DNA from: an uncultured Candidatus Saccharibacteria bacterium
GTDB taxonomy: Bacteria; Patescibacteriota; Minisyncoccia; UBA6257; UBA11618
Direction: 5' to 3'
DNA: 52,068 nucleotides
Assembly (NCBI GenBank): GCA_964436175.1
Contig: CAYTBX010000003.1
Span: 1 to 52,068, forward strand
The position numbers and the translations under genes were made by a program. Of this stretch, positions 26,242 to 34,027 are shown in pieces. How positions within the stretch are numbered: position 1 is the first letter of the stretch; the number at the start of each line of letters is the position of its first letter. The notes beneath the pieces are model-generated. The model worked only from the letters and a program-made list of their open reading frames with translations, made no database searches and was not told the DNA's origin.

Positions 26242-26448
26242 ATGAAAAAGCTTGGCGGACTCGACTGGCTCGCACTTATTCTCGTGATCGTCGGCGGTCT
26301 TAACTGGGGACTCGTGAGCTTGCTCAACTGGAACCTCGTTGACACCCTCTTCGGCGCGATGTCTACGCTTTCGCAGATCGTTTACGGACTCGTGGGTCTT
26401 TCCGCGATTTACGTTCTCGTAATCTCCGGAAAACTCGGCAAGAAATAA
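26242..26448 (+). CDS. DUF378 small membrane protein
   Basis: MKKLGGLDWLALILVIVGGLNWGLVSLLNWNLV... matches the GGLNWGLV signature. It is embedded in a longer spurious track ORF. Confidence 0.75.
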   Translation: MKKLGGLDWLALILVIVGGLNWGLVSLLNWNLVDTLFGAMSTLSQIVYGLVGLSAIYVLVISGKLGKK

Positions 26449-26466
26449 TTTTTTTCTTGAAGATGG

Positions 26467-26494
26467 AGAATCCGCCCCCAAAGGCGGATTTTTC
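26467..26494 (+). terminator. Intrinsic terminator after the DUF378 gene
   Basis: AATCCGCC-CCCAAA-GGCGGATT followed by TTT. Confidence 0.7.
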
Positions 26495-26523
26495 ATTATC
26501 TAATACAGCGCCAAAATGTTACA

Positions 26524-26551
26524 TAAAAAAAGGTCGCGCACTGCGCGACCT
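26524..26551 (-). terminator. Intrinsic terminator (minus strand)
   Basis: AGGTCGCGC-ACT-GCGCGACCT, with a T-run on the minus strand (plus-strand AAAAAA at 26525-26530). Confidence 0.65.
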
Positions 26552-26659
26552 AATGACATACCCGATACGGAAACTTATTTTTTGCAAATATAAAGCCCTA
26601 CCGCTTCCTCTCGGAAAAACGGTAGGGCTCAGCTCGAAACACGCCTTGCATACTTCGGG

Positions 26660-26986
26660 TTAGCCGAAACGGATAGCCGTGTAACGGGTAACGCCTTCAT
26701 GACCGAGCCGCAGCTCCCGCCGGAACGGCTGGTAAAAGAGCTCCCACACCGCACGGCCACACAACTGGTCGAACGATGAGAAGTTTTCTTCGAGCTTGGC
26801 TACCTGAAGGCCGGTCCTAAATAGTTCGGCCATGACGGTAAGCGCGGGGCCGTTCGCGAGCACGAACCGTTCCGCAACCAGCCAGTCGAACAAAGCCCGA
26901 TTACTTGCCGAACAGACCAGGCAATCGTAGAAGATGCGGGCTAACTTTTCCGTACAAAACCTCCGTACGCATTCGTTGAAATTCAC
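26660..26986 (-). CDS. Hypothetical protein (108 aa)
   Basis: GTG start preceded by AGGAGG at an 8-nt spacing. No recognisable motifs. Confidence 0.5.
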   Translation of the reverse strand: MNFNECVRRFCTEKLARIFYDCLVCSASNRALFDWLVAERFVLANGPALTVMAELFRTGLQVAKLEENFSSFDQLCGRAVWELFYQPFRRELRLGHEGVTRYTAIRFG

Positions 26987-27106
26987 GCCATGTCCTCCTG
27001 AACGGGGTGTGGAAAATGGAAGCTGGGCTTATAGTGCCACGCAACATGTAAAAAATAAATAGCGCAATAAATAATGAGACCGCCACGCGGGCGGCTTCAT
27101 TATTTG

Positions 27107-27177
27107 CGGGGGCACTAGGAATCGAACCCAGGTCTGCTCTTTTGGAGAGAGTTATCCTACCATTGGACTATACCCCC
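27107..27177 (-). tRNA. tRNA-Trp(CCA)
   Basis: GGGGGTA/TGCCCCC acceptor, anticodon arm ACTCT-CTCCAAA-AGAGC, T-arm CTGGG-TTCGATT-CCTAG. Confidence 0.9.
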
Positions 27178-27617
27178 TTACTGTTTAAAAACTTCCAATA
27201 GCCGAAGTCTTTGGAAGTTTTCCTGCGATGACAATTGGCGCACCGCACTTCGCATTTGCCGATTTCAGCAACAATGTTACTTATTGAATAACAATTTTTC
27301 AGCATTTCCGCAACGCTCTTCCATTTATCCGCCTTATGGTCGAAGTCCAAAACGATCGGATCACCCTCCCCGCAATCAACGCACGGATGCGCTGTTAGAT
27401 GTTTTAGAATCAAATCCCGCAAAACCAACTTCTGTTCACCGTTCCATTTTTTCGCCTTAGCAATATATTTTGAACGATTCGCTATATAATGCTCCCGCCT
27501 ATATGCAGTATGGCACTCCTTGCAAACGGAGTGCATTAGGCCGCGCTCTTCGTTTTTCCAACTGAAAAAACTGTCGGATTTCCCCATGAAGCAATGACCG
27601 CACCTTCGTAATCCCAT
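27168..27617 (-). CDS. HNH endonuclease (free-standing, phage-like)
   Basis: CGHC...CKEC Zn-ribbon, then CVDCG...LDFDH...CEVRCANCHRRKT, the HNH/His-Me core. AT-rich. The stop codon lies inside tRNA-Trp. Confidence 0.75.
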   Translation of the reverse strand: MGLRRCGHCFMGKSDSFFSWKNEERGLMHSVCKECHTAYRREHYIANRSKYIAKAKKWNGEQKLVLRDLILKHLTAHPCVDCGEGDPIVLDFDHKADKWKSVAEMLKNCYSISNIVAEIGKCEVRCANCHRRKTSKDFGYWKFLNSKGV

Positions 27618-27672
27618 AGAGTAATTATACCTCCAAAGGACTCGAAATAAAATCTAAATTGGAGACTGTGAA

Positions 27673-27714
27673 ACACAACTAAAAACTTCCCGAACGGGAA
27701 GTTTTTAGTTGTGT
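27673..27714 (-). terminator. Long perfect hairpin downstream of rpmG
   Basis: ACACAACTAAAAACTTCCC-GAAC-GGGAAGTTTTTAGTTGTGT. Confidence 0.7.
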
Positions 27715-27720
27715 GCTGTT

Positions 27721-27891
27721 TTACCGCTTGGATTCCTTGAAGGCCGTGTGCTTGCGGCAGAACCGACAATGCTTCGAAAGCGAGAGCTTCTTCTCGTTCG
27801 TCTTCTTGTTCTTGCGGGTGTGATAACCAATGCGGCTGCACGTGCCACATTTCATCTTTATGAGGTTTTCTGAAAACTTCGATTTCGCCAT
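27721..27891 (-). CDS. rpmG: 50S ribosomal protein L33
   Basis: Not in the ORF track (56 aa). Hand translation gives MAKSKFSENLIKMKCGTCSRIGYHTRKNKKTNEKKLSLSKHCRFCRKHTAFKESKR, with the CxxC...CxxC zinc ribbon and an AGGAGG SD. Confidence 0.85.
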   Translation of the reverse strand: MAKSKFSENLIKMKCGTCSRIGYHTRKNKKTNEKKLSLSKHCRFCRKHTAFKESKR

Positions 27892-27903
27892 ATAAGTCCT
27901 CCT

Positions 27904-27932
27904 AGTATACGGTAAATGACGCTATAACGCAA
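27904..27932 (-). promoter_or_regulatory. Sigma70-like promoter for rpmG
   Basis: Minus strand reads TTGCGT, 17 nt, TATACT, followed by AGGAGGACTTAT-ATG. Confidence 0.6.
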
Positions 27933-27945
27933 TATGAGCGCCCCA

Positions 27946-27974
27946 TTGACCGTATAAGTCAAACGGGCTATACT
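27946..27974 (+). promoter_or_regulatory. Sigma70-like promoter for the 28082 gene
   Basis: TTGACC, 17 nt, TATACT. Confidence 0.6.
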
Positions 27975-28081
27975 AGCTCTCAGTAATTTCATTCATTCGC
28001 CGCATGCCAAGGAAGGGGGCTTAAGACGGCGACTGCGTTCAGTTCTTACCACCAACAACCGAGAAACGAGGAACTTCTTTC

Positions 28082-28378
28082 ATGAAGAAAGACCATGTCG
28101 TGCAGCCAGCCACTCTGGATGATTTGATGAACGCCATCAATGCATCCCTGCCTCTGCCGAAAGGAGAGACCGCCGCTATTCCAATCGGCGCGGTCTTCCC
28201 TAACTGGATAATCCAGAAAGCGGAGAAGGCGCTACAAGGCGCCGGCTATCACTTCAGCCATTCCGGCAAAGGAAACGGAAGAATTCTCCGCATCGCTCAT
28301 CCAGCGGAGAAAATACCCCAATTAAGTCCGCGAGCCAGACAGCGCACGAGAGCAGAGCTTTCGTTCGCAGGGGGTTAG
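28082..28378 (+). CDS. Hypothetical protein (98 aa)
   Basis: Has its own promoter and terminator. No recognisable motifs. Confidence 0.45.
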   Translation: MKKDHVVQPATLDDLMNAINASLPLPKGETAAIPIGAVFPNWIIQKAEKALQGAGYHFSHSGKGNGRILRIAHPAEKIPQLSPRARQRTRAELSFAGG

Positions 28379-28411
28379 CGGCGCAAGAACAAATCTCGGC
28401 AGAACGCAACA

Positions 28412-28446
28412 GCCGGATTTTCCTCACGGAGAATCCGGTCTTTTTA
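28412..28446 (+). terminator. Intrinsic terminator
   Basis: CCGGATTTTCC-TCAC-GGAGAATCCGG followed by TCTTTTT. Confidence 0.7.
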
Positions 28447-28504
28447 TATGAAGAAAGTCCCACTTCGCTAAAGCTTCGAGGGACAAAATTCCTCCAGAAT
28501 TTTG

Positions 28505-28576
28505 AGCCGATAGCGAGAATCGAACTCGCGACCTCATTCTTACCAAGAATGCGTTCTGCCACTGAACTACATCGGC
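28505..28576 (-). tRNA. tRNA-Thr(GGU)
   Basis: GCCGATG/TATCGGC acceptor, anticodon arm CATTC-TTGGTAA-GAATG, T-arm GCGAG-TTCGATT-CTCGC. Confidence 0.9.
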
Positions 28577-29883
28577 AACAACTGTGAAACGAAATAGTGA
28601 CGGGTCTCGACATCTATCGTGCCCGCGCCCATGAATACAACAACTTGCTTATCGATTAGGTTAAGCGATTCGGCAATATTTTTCAAATAAAATACCGATC
28701 CTTCCGCCTTCTTTCCACGCAGCTTTACAATACCCTTATACAGATCTTCGCCCGTTTTACCGCCCGCGACCTCCCTACCCGCCACTTGGTATGCCGGCAG
28801 TATTGCAACCTGATCAGCTTCCTCGAACGCTTTTACGAACGCGGGGAAGAGCGCCGTGAGGCGTGCCACTTGGTGCGGCTGAAAGATAACGAAAAGCTTC
28901 CGGCCCCTGAATTTCGTTTTAAACGCACCGATGGTAGCCGCAATCTCCGTGGGGTGGTGCGCATAGTCGGCGAAAAATGTACCGGAAACTGGATTATTTT
29001 CACGCGGGGCAAGCGGCTCCATGCGGCGCCACGATCCGCGGAACTTCATCACCGCTTCCGCGGCATCCTTGCGCGTAACGCCAAGCACCGCCGCCGCGCG
29101 GTATGCTGCCTCCGCATTCAACTGGTTAAACTGCCCCGCGACTTCGAGCGGCCACTTCGGCAGGCGCTTACCCTTTTCGTTAAACTTTACGACCGTACGT
29201 TTACAGCCCTTTATGGCCGTGATCGTATTCTTATCTTGTGCGTTCACAATCACGGTCGCCTCCTTAGGCAGGCCCGTGACGTACTTATTAAACGCCTTAA
29301 TAACGCCCGCGAGGTTTTTATACGTATCTAAATGCTCCGCGTCCACGTTCGTGATAACGGCAACCTGCGGCGCGTAATGAAAGAATGACTTATTCCATTC
29401 GTCCGCCTCGATTACCAAATAACGGCTCTTGCCGATACGCACGTTCTTGCCGCTAAATTCCGCAAGACGCGTGCCGATAATCACGGTGGGGTCGAGGCCC
29501 GCGTGCACGAGCATAAGGGACAAAAGCGCGGTCGTGGTTGATTTGCCGTGCGCACCAGAAACGCCAATCGTAATATATTGTTTGGTTAACTCCCCTAACG
29601 CCTCGGCGTACGTCATGCACGGCAGCCCGCGACGCCGCGCCTCCTTTAGCTCCGGATTATCTTCTTTCGCGGCCGCAGAATAGATTACGCGCGAAACGTC
29701 GCGCAAAAGGTTGTCTGAGTGGTGGCCGATACGCATGATAACCCCCTCGGCGGCTAATTCACGCACCAAGTCCGACTCAGCTAAGTCCGACCCCGAAAGG
29801 CGCGCGCCCTTAGCAAGGTAGTACCGCGCAAGCGAGCTTACGCCGATCCCCCCAATACCGACGAAATGTATTTTCTCATGCAT
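28567..29883 (-). CDS. murC: UDP-N-acetylmuramate--L-alanine ligase
   Basis: N-terminal FVGIGGIGVSSLA and the Mur ligase P-loop GVSGAHGKSTTT. The stop codon lies inside tRNA-Thr(GGU). Confidence 0.9.
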   Translation of the reverse strand: MHEKIHFVGIGGIGVSSLARYYLAKGARLSGSDLAESDLVRELAAEGVIMRIGHHSDNLLRDVSRVIYSAAAKEDNPELKEARRRGLPCMTYAEALGELTKQYITIGVSGAHGKSTTTALLSLMLVHAGLDPTVIIGTRLAEFSGKNVRIGKSRYLVIEADEWNKSFFHYAPQVAVITNVDAEHLDTYKNLAGVIKAFNKYVTGLPKEATVIVNAQDKNTITAIKGCKRTVVKFNEKGKRLPKWPLEVAGQFNQLNAEAAYRAAAVLGVTRKDAAEAVMKFRGSWRRMEPLAPRENNPVSGTFFADYAHHPTEIAATIGAFKTKFRGRKLFVIFQPHQVARLTALFPAFVKAFEEADQVAILPAYQVAGREVAGGKTGEDLYKGIVKLRGKKAEGSVFYLKNIAESLNLIDKQVVVFMGAGTIDVETRHYFVSQLLPM

Positions 29884-29892
29884 ATATTTTTT

Positions 29893-29968
29893 TGGAGCCG
29901 CCTCGCGGATTCGAACCGCGGACCTACTGTTTACAAAACAGTTGCTCTGCCGGCTGAGCTAAGGCGGC
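29893..29968 (-). tRNA. tRNA-Thr(UGU), CCA encoded
   Basis: GCCGCCT/AGGCGGC acceptor, anticodon arm ACTGT-TTTGTAA-ACAGT, T-arm CGCGG-TTCGAAT-CCGCG, 3' TCCA. Confidence 0.9.
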
Positions 29969-30163
29969 GATTTAGAGCTTCCTACGTACTCCCTGCTTTA
30001 GCAGGGTGATTCTTCCAATACGTTATCGGCGGCGCCGATACTTCTCGGAGCGCATTCGCCCAGGTTCCCGATCGCAATCGGGACGAATGCCCAAAAGCGC
30101 TGCTTATCAATAAACCACCAACATCCTCATCAATCCTGTACAATTTAGCAAAAATACGAGATT

Positions 30164-30925
30164 ATGTACAGCATCATGACCCCGCAACTGTACGCACTCG
30201 CAAGCGTCGCAATAGTATCTTGCCTGCCGCTTTTGGCCGGATTATTACTGCTTTCCAAAAAAACGGGTGACTCCTTAATCTTCGTACTCGTAAGCCTTTC
30301 GGTAGGCGCGCTCTTTGGCGACGCCTTCCTCCACCTCATCCCCGATGCATTCGAAAGCGGTATCAGGCAGCCCTCGCTATGGATACTTGCCGGCATCGTC
30401 TTCCTTTTCATCCTCGAAAAGTTTTTCCACTGGCACCACGAACATATTCATGAGCACGACGCAGAGTGTAAAGACGCGCCGTTGCCCGTAGGGGCACTCA
30501 GCTTAGTCGCAAGCGGTATGCACAACTTCTTGGACGGCGCCATAATCGCCGCAAGCTGGCTTGTAAGCATGCCAGCAGGCATTGCAACCACGATTGCCGT
30601 AATCCTCCACGAAATACCGCACGAGATGGGCGACTTAGGAATACTACTCCACGCGGGTTACGGCCGGCGCAAAGCCTTCTTATACAACTTCTACTCCGGC
30701 CTCATGGCAATCGCGGGGGCGGCAGTCGCCCTCGTTGCGGGCGCAGCAGTACAGACAAGTGCCGCATATATACTCCCCTTCGCGGCAGGTAACTTTATTT
30801 ATATAGCGGGGTCCGACCTCGTGCCAGAACTACACAAGACGAAGCACATAGGCCAATCCCTACTGCAACTTAGCGCCATACTCGTAGGCGTAGCCTTGAT
30901 GGCGGGGTTGCTGTTTGTTGAATAA
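30164..30925 (+). CDS. zupT: ZIP-family divalent metal (zinc) transporter
   Basis: HNFLDGAIIAASW and ILHEIPHEMGDLGILL motifs, plus the His-rich loop HWHHEHIHEHD. Confidence 0.8.
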   Translation: MYSIMTPQLYALASVAIVSCLPLLAGLLLLSKKTGDSLIFVLVSLSVGALFGDAFLHLIPDAFESGIRQPSLWILAGIVFLFILEKFFHWHHEHIHEHDAECKDAPLPVGALSLVASGMHNFLDGAIIAASWLVSMPAGIATTIAVILHEIPHEMGDLGILLHAGYGRRKAFLYNFYSGLMAIAGAAVALVAGAAVQTSAAYILPFAAGNFIYIAGSDLVPELHKTKHIGQSLLQLSAILVGVALMAGLLFVE

Positions 30926-30960
30926 CAAGGCATATTTTCTCCAGCTTATTCTTTCCGTTC

Positions 30961-31096
30961 GGGGGGGTAGCTCAGTTGGTAGAGCGCAGGTGCTGCGATG
31001 TCTCCCGCCAAGCATGATCATGGGCAGGATGCCACATGATACTTGGAACGACTCCCAAGGCCCTGAGGTCACGCGGTTCAAGTCCCGTCCCCTCCA
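30961..31096 (+). tRNA. tRNA-Ala-like gene with about 62 extra nt in the anticodon region (intron-containing or pseudogene)
   Basis: Acceptor GGGGGGG/CCCCTCC with G3:U70, canonical D-arm GCTC-AGTTGGTA-GAGC, and half-stems CAGG(T)...(C)CCTG separated by 69 nt that begin GCTGCGA (contains TGC). Variable loop AGGTC. The T-arm needs a bulged C (ACG[C]GG-TTCAAGT-CCCGT). Confidence 0.45.
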
Positions 31097-31101
31097 ATCG
31101 A

Positions 31102-31131
31102 ACCGTCCTGTTGCGCGCAGGGCGGTTTTTT
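31102..31131 (+). terminator. Intrinsic terminator
   Basis: ACCGTCCTG-TTGCGCG-CAGGGCGGT followed by TTTTT. Confidence 0.7.
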
Positions 31132-31153
31132 CATATACTACGCAAGAAGCTAC

Positions 31154-31236
31154 GGGTACGTCGCATAGCGGCAATTGCTCCTCGCTGTAGACGAGGCGTC
31201 CTCTGGACTTCGGGGGTTCGAGTCCCTCCGTACCCA
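31154..31236 (+). tRNA. tRNA-Tyr(GUA)
   Basis: GGGTACG/CGTACCC acceptor, anticodon arm CCTCG-CTGTAGA-CGAGG, long variable arm with GTCC/GGAC stem, T-arm GGGGG-TTCGAGT-CCCTC. Confidence 0.85.
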
Positions 31237-31279
31237 CAAAAAACAATACCGCCGAAAAGGCGGTATTGTTTTTTGTGGG
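31233..31279. terminator. 21-bp perfect bidirectional hairpin
   Basis: CCCACAAAAAACAATACCGCC-GAAAA-GGCGGTATTGTTTTTTGTGGG. Overlaps the tRNA-Tyr 3' end. Confidence 0.75.
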
Positions 31280-31401
31280 TCTGGGACTCGAACCCGAAGG
31301 GCCGCCATTTTTAAGAAGGCGCGCCGCCGACTATAAAAATGGCATGTCTCGACTGAGTTTTTACGAAGGAGAGGCGAGTCCCTCCGCACCCCCTCGTCAC
31401 G

Positions 31402-31737
31402 TTACTCCTCCTTCTCCCCTTGCACGTGGTCGATCATCTCCTGCACGGAAGGATGTGCCGACTGCTCGCCGGTTTTCTTAACACGATCCAAGTGACGACT
31501 AAGCCGATTATCAAGCTTTAATACGAATATACGAGAGCGGCGTAAAAACTTAAAAAGAAAGTCGTTTATACGCTCGTCGATGTGGTGAAGTGGCAACCGG
31601 TTCAAAAAATCGCTAAACCGCGCGGCGAGCGACGGCTCCGCCTCCTCCGTAGCAACGCGCGGCAAAGAACGTAGCAGAATAAAGGTCATCACGGCTAAAC
31701 TCGTGACGAACGTCATCTGCAAAAGAAAGGCGTACAT
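31402..31737 (-). CDS. Hypothetical membrane-anchored protein (111 aa)
   Basis: N-terminal TM segment FVTSLAVMTFILL. Immediately downstream of tsf. Confidence 0.5.
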   Translation of the reverse strand: MYAFLLQMTFVTSLAVMTFILLRSLPRVATEEAEPSLAARFSDFLNRLPLHHIDERINDFLFKFLRRSRIFVLKLDNRLSRHLDRVKKTGEQSAHPSVQEMIDHVQGEKEE

Positions 31738-31747
31738 GAATTAAGTA

Positions 31748-32191
31748 TTAGAGGGCGTAGCGCACGAACCGTGCGATGCGAATGTTCTCGCCCGTCTTCG
31801 CCACGGTACCCTTTATCAAATCTTCAATGGTAATGGATTCGTCGCGCACATAGGGCTGTGTCATAAGCTCCTCGGTAGTTGCAGGGTCAGTTGCCGAAAT
31901 ATGCATCGCGATGCCACGGGCAAGCTCGCGGAACAAATCGCCACGGGCAACGAAGTCCGTTTCGCAACGCAACTCAAGTAAAACGCCGATGCGCCCGCCA
32001 TGAATATACGCTTCCAAATGGCCTTCGCCCGTCTCCCTATCACCCTTCTTATCCGCCTTCGCTATACCCTGCGCCGCCAAACGGTCTTTTGCGGCGTTAA
32101 AATCCCCACCGGTTTCCGTTAGTGCCCGCTTGCAATCCATTATGCCTGCGCCGGTTTCCGTACGCAGACGCTGAACGTCTTCTGCTGTCAT
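31748..32191 (-). CDS. tsf: Translation elongation factor Ts (short form, 147 aa)
   Basis: N-terminal UBA-like LRTETGAGIMDCKRAL and the core ETDFVAR motif. Located downstream of rpsB as usual. Confidence 0.85.
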   Translation of the reverse strand: MTAEDVQRLRTETGAGIMDCKRALTETGGDFNAAKDRLAAQGIAKADKKGDRETGEGHLEAYIHGGRIGVLLELRCETDFVARGDLFRELARGIAMHISATDPATTEELMTQPYVRDESITIEDLIKGTVAKTGENIRIARFVRYAL

Positions 32192-32208
32192 ATTAAATTA
32201 AGTATAGA

Positions 32209-32952
32209 TTAAGAACCGATCTTCTCGTCAAGGCGCTTAAAAATCCAAAGAAGGCTCGTGCGGGAATTGTCGTTTGCGGGAATGGGGTACGTTACGCCGT
32301 CAGGGTCGTTGTCGCTGTTCATGATCGCGATTAAAGGAATCTTCAAGCGACGCGCTTCGCGTACGGCAATCTCGTGCGCGGCGGCGTCAACCACGAATAC
32401 CGCTGCGGGCAAGGCCGTAATACCTTCGAGGCCGGCGAACGATACCGTCATGTTGGAGATAAGCCGGTCGAAATTAAGCTGCTCCTTTTTCGTGTACTTC
32501 GTAAGCTCACCTGCCGCCTTATCCGCCTTCAACTTCGTGAAGTAAACAATGCGCTTGGAGATGGTGTTGAAGTTAGTAAGAATGCCACCAAGCCAACGGT
32601 TCGTTACGTGGAAGAATCCGTGCTTCGTAGCGAATTCCAAAACGAAATCACGCGCTGTCGGCTGGGAGCCGAGGACGATTACTGTGCGCTTTTCTTCTAT
32701 AAGCTGTTTAAGGAACGCCGCAGCCTTATCGATGCAAGCAACCGTCTGCATAAGGTCGAACGTCGCCACGCCGCGGGAATAGCTTAAAATAAAGCTATCC
32801 ATCTTAGGATTAGTGCGGGATTTCTTGCGGCCGACGGCGATGCCCGCCGCGATCATTTCGCGGTACAAGGCAACCTGCTCGGGCGACAATGCGGGGATTG
32901 CCGCAACCGCCTCTTCCGCCACCGCTACGTTCGTTGTTTCAGCTGTTTTCAT
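32209..32952 (-). CDS. rpsB: 30S ribosomal protein S2
   Basis: FHVTNRWLGGILTNF and VVDAAAHEIAVREARRLKIPLIAIMNSDNDPDGV motifs. Confidence 0.9.
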   Translation of the reverse strand: MKTAETTNVAVAEEAVAAIPALSPEQVALYREMIAAGIAVGRKKSRTNPKMDSFILSYSRGVATFDLMQTVACIDKAAAFLKQLIEEKRTVIVLGSQPTARDFVLEFATKHGFFHVTNRWLGGILTNFNTISKRIVYFTKLKADKAAGELTKYTKKEQLNFDRLISNMTVSFAGLEGITALPAAVFVVDAAAHEIAVREARRLKIPLIAIMNSDNDPDGVTYPIPANDNSRTSLLWIFKRLDEKIGS

Positions 32953-33025
32953 GCGTTGAATTAAGTAGTACGAGTATGCCTTATTTCAATGATAATGTAA
33001 ATACGCTCCATGCTATACTTATTCC

Positions 33026-34027
33026 ATGCAGCATAAAAAAGGCTTTACCCTCGTAGAACTCCTTATTTACAGCGTTATATTTGCCGGCGTTTCCTTAACG
33101 CTCGTTTACTTTCTTTCCACGTTTTTCCGCGTAAGCGGCTACCAAGCGAGCTCTTCAGAAGTAGCTAACCAAGCCAACTTTATACTCGGGAAAATACAAA
33201 ACGAGATCGCTACGTCGACCCTTGTTGTTGTAAATGACACAAATAATGACGAGGTGGATGATACGCCTTTAAATACCCCACACGGTAAGCTTTTTCTTAA
33301 AACTAAAAATGAAACAACCGGCGGCGCGGGCGACACTGAAAGCCCCGTACTGATTTATAAGAACGGGTCGAACGTGGTGCTTAAACGCGGAAACGGCCCG
33401 GAAACGGCGCTTAATAATTCGAGCGTGGCGGTTACCAACCTCGCCTTCACGAAAGTGAGCACTCCACCCGGCAAAGACGTTGTACTGATAGACCTAACGC
33501 TCCAATACCAAAGCTCCAACGCTGTAGACCGCATATCGCGCGACTTCTCGCTCGGCGTAAGCCGCGCACAGGCTGCGGCGTTCGATTCCAGCCTGAGTCC
33601 TAATGGAGGCGGATATAGCCTCGGCACGGGCGCCGCGAAATGGGCGTCATTATTCCTTTCGGGGGGCGCAACGATCGACGGACCGCTTGCACTCACGGAC
33701 GGAAATACCAACACAACCAACAACAGCATTACCTTCCTAAAACAGGGAACCTTAGTCGTAAACCCGAACGCGAACATACCAGCAAATACCACAACCCAAT
33801 TCTTCGTATCATCCGGCACGTATCCGGAACTTCAGGGTATAAAGGCAGGTGACCGCGTATTCCTGACGCCGCCAGCCGGAAGCACTGCTGCGAGCAGACT
33901 CGAAGTTGGAATCTCGTTCATTGGCGCGCGCACGCTCGCTGACTCAATAGAAATAAACCTTAGGAACACAACTGGCGCAGCTATTTTTGCAGGATCACAC
34001 AACTGGGGCTACCTCGTGATCCGCTAA
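33026..34027 (+). CDS. Large pilin-like protein (prepilin-type N-terminal methylation domain)
   Basis: MQHKKGFTLVELLIYSVIFAGVSL... prepilin motif. Confidence 0.8.
   Translation: MQHKKGFTLVELLIYSVIFAGVSLTLVYFLSTFFRVSGYQASSSEVANQANFILGKIQNEIATSTLVVVNDTNNDEVDDTPLNTPHGKLFLKTKNETTGGAGDTESPVLIYKNGSNVVLKRGNGPETALNNSSVAVTNLAFTKVSTPPGKDVVLIDLTLQYQSSNAVDRISRDFSLGVSRAQAAAFDSSLSPNGGGYSLGTGAAKWASLFLSGGATIDGPLALTDGNTNTTNNSITFLKQGTLVVNPNANIPANTTTQFFVSSGTYPELQGIKAGDRVFLTPPAGSTAASRLEVGISFIGARTLADSIEINLRNTTGAAIFAGSHNWGYLVIR

Noticed and set aside
31280-31400. T-arm-like GGGTTCGAGTCCC on the minus strand just past the shared terminator; possible converging tRNA
   Set aside because: Only the T-arm-like segment is present, and it carries a C:A mismatch. 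There is no D-arm and no complementary acceptor 5' strand. It looks like an imperfect inverted duplication of the tRNA-Tyr 3' end within the 3' UTR of the 111-aa gene.
30915-31481. Several 70-130-aa ORFs on both strands across the tRNA-Ala-like / tRNA-Tyr region
   Set aside because: They overlap tRNA genes and terminator hairpins and have no coding signal.
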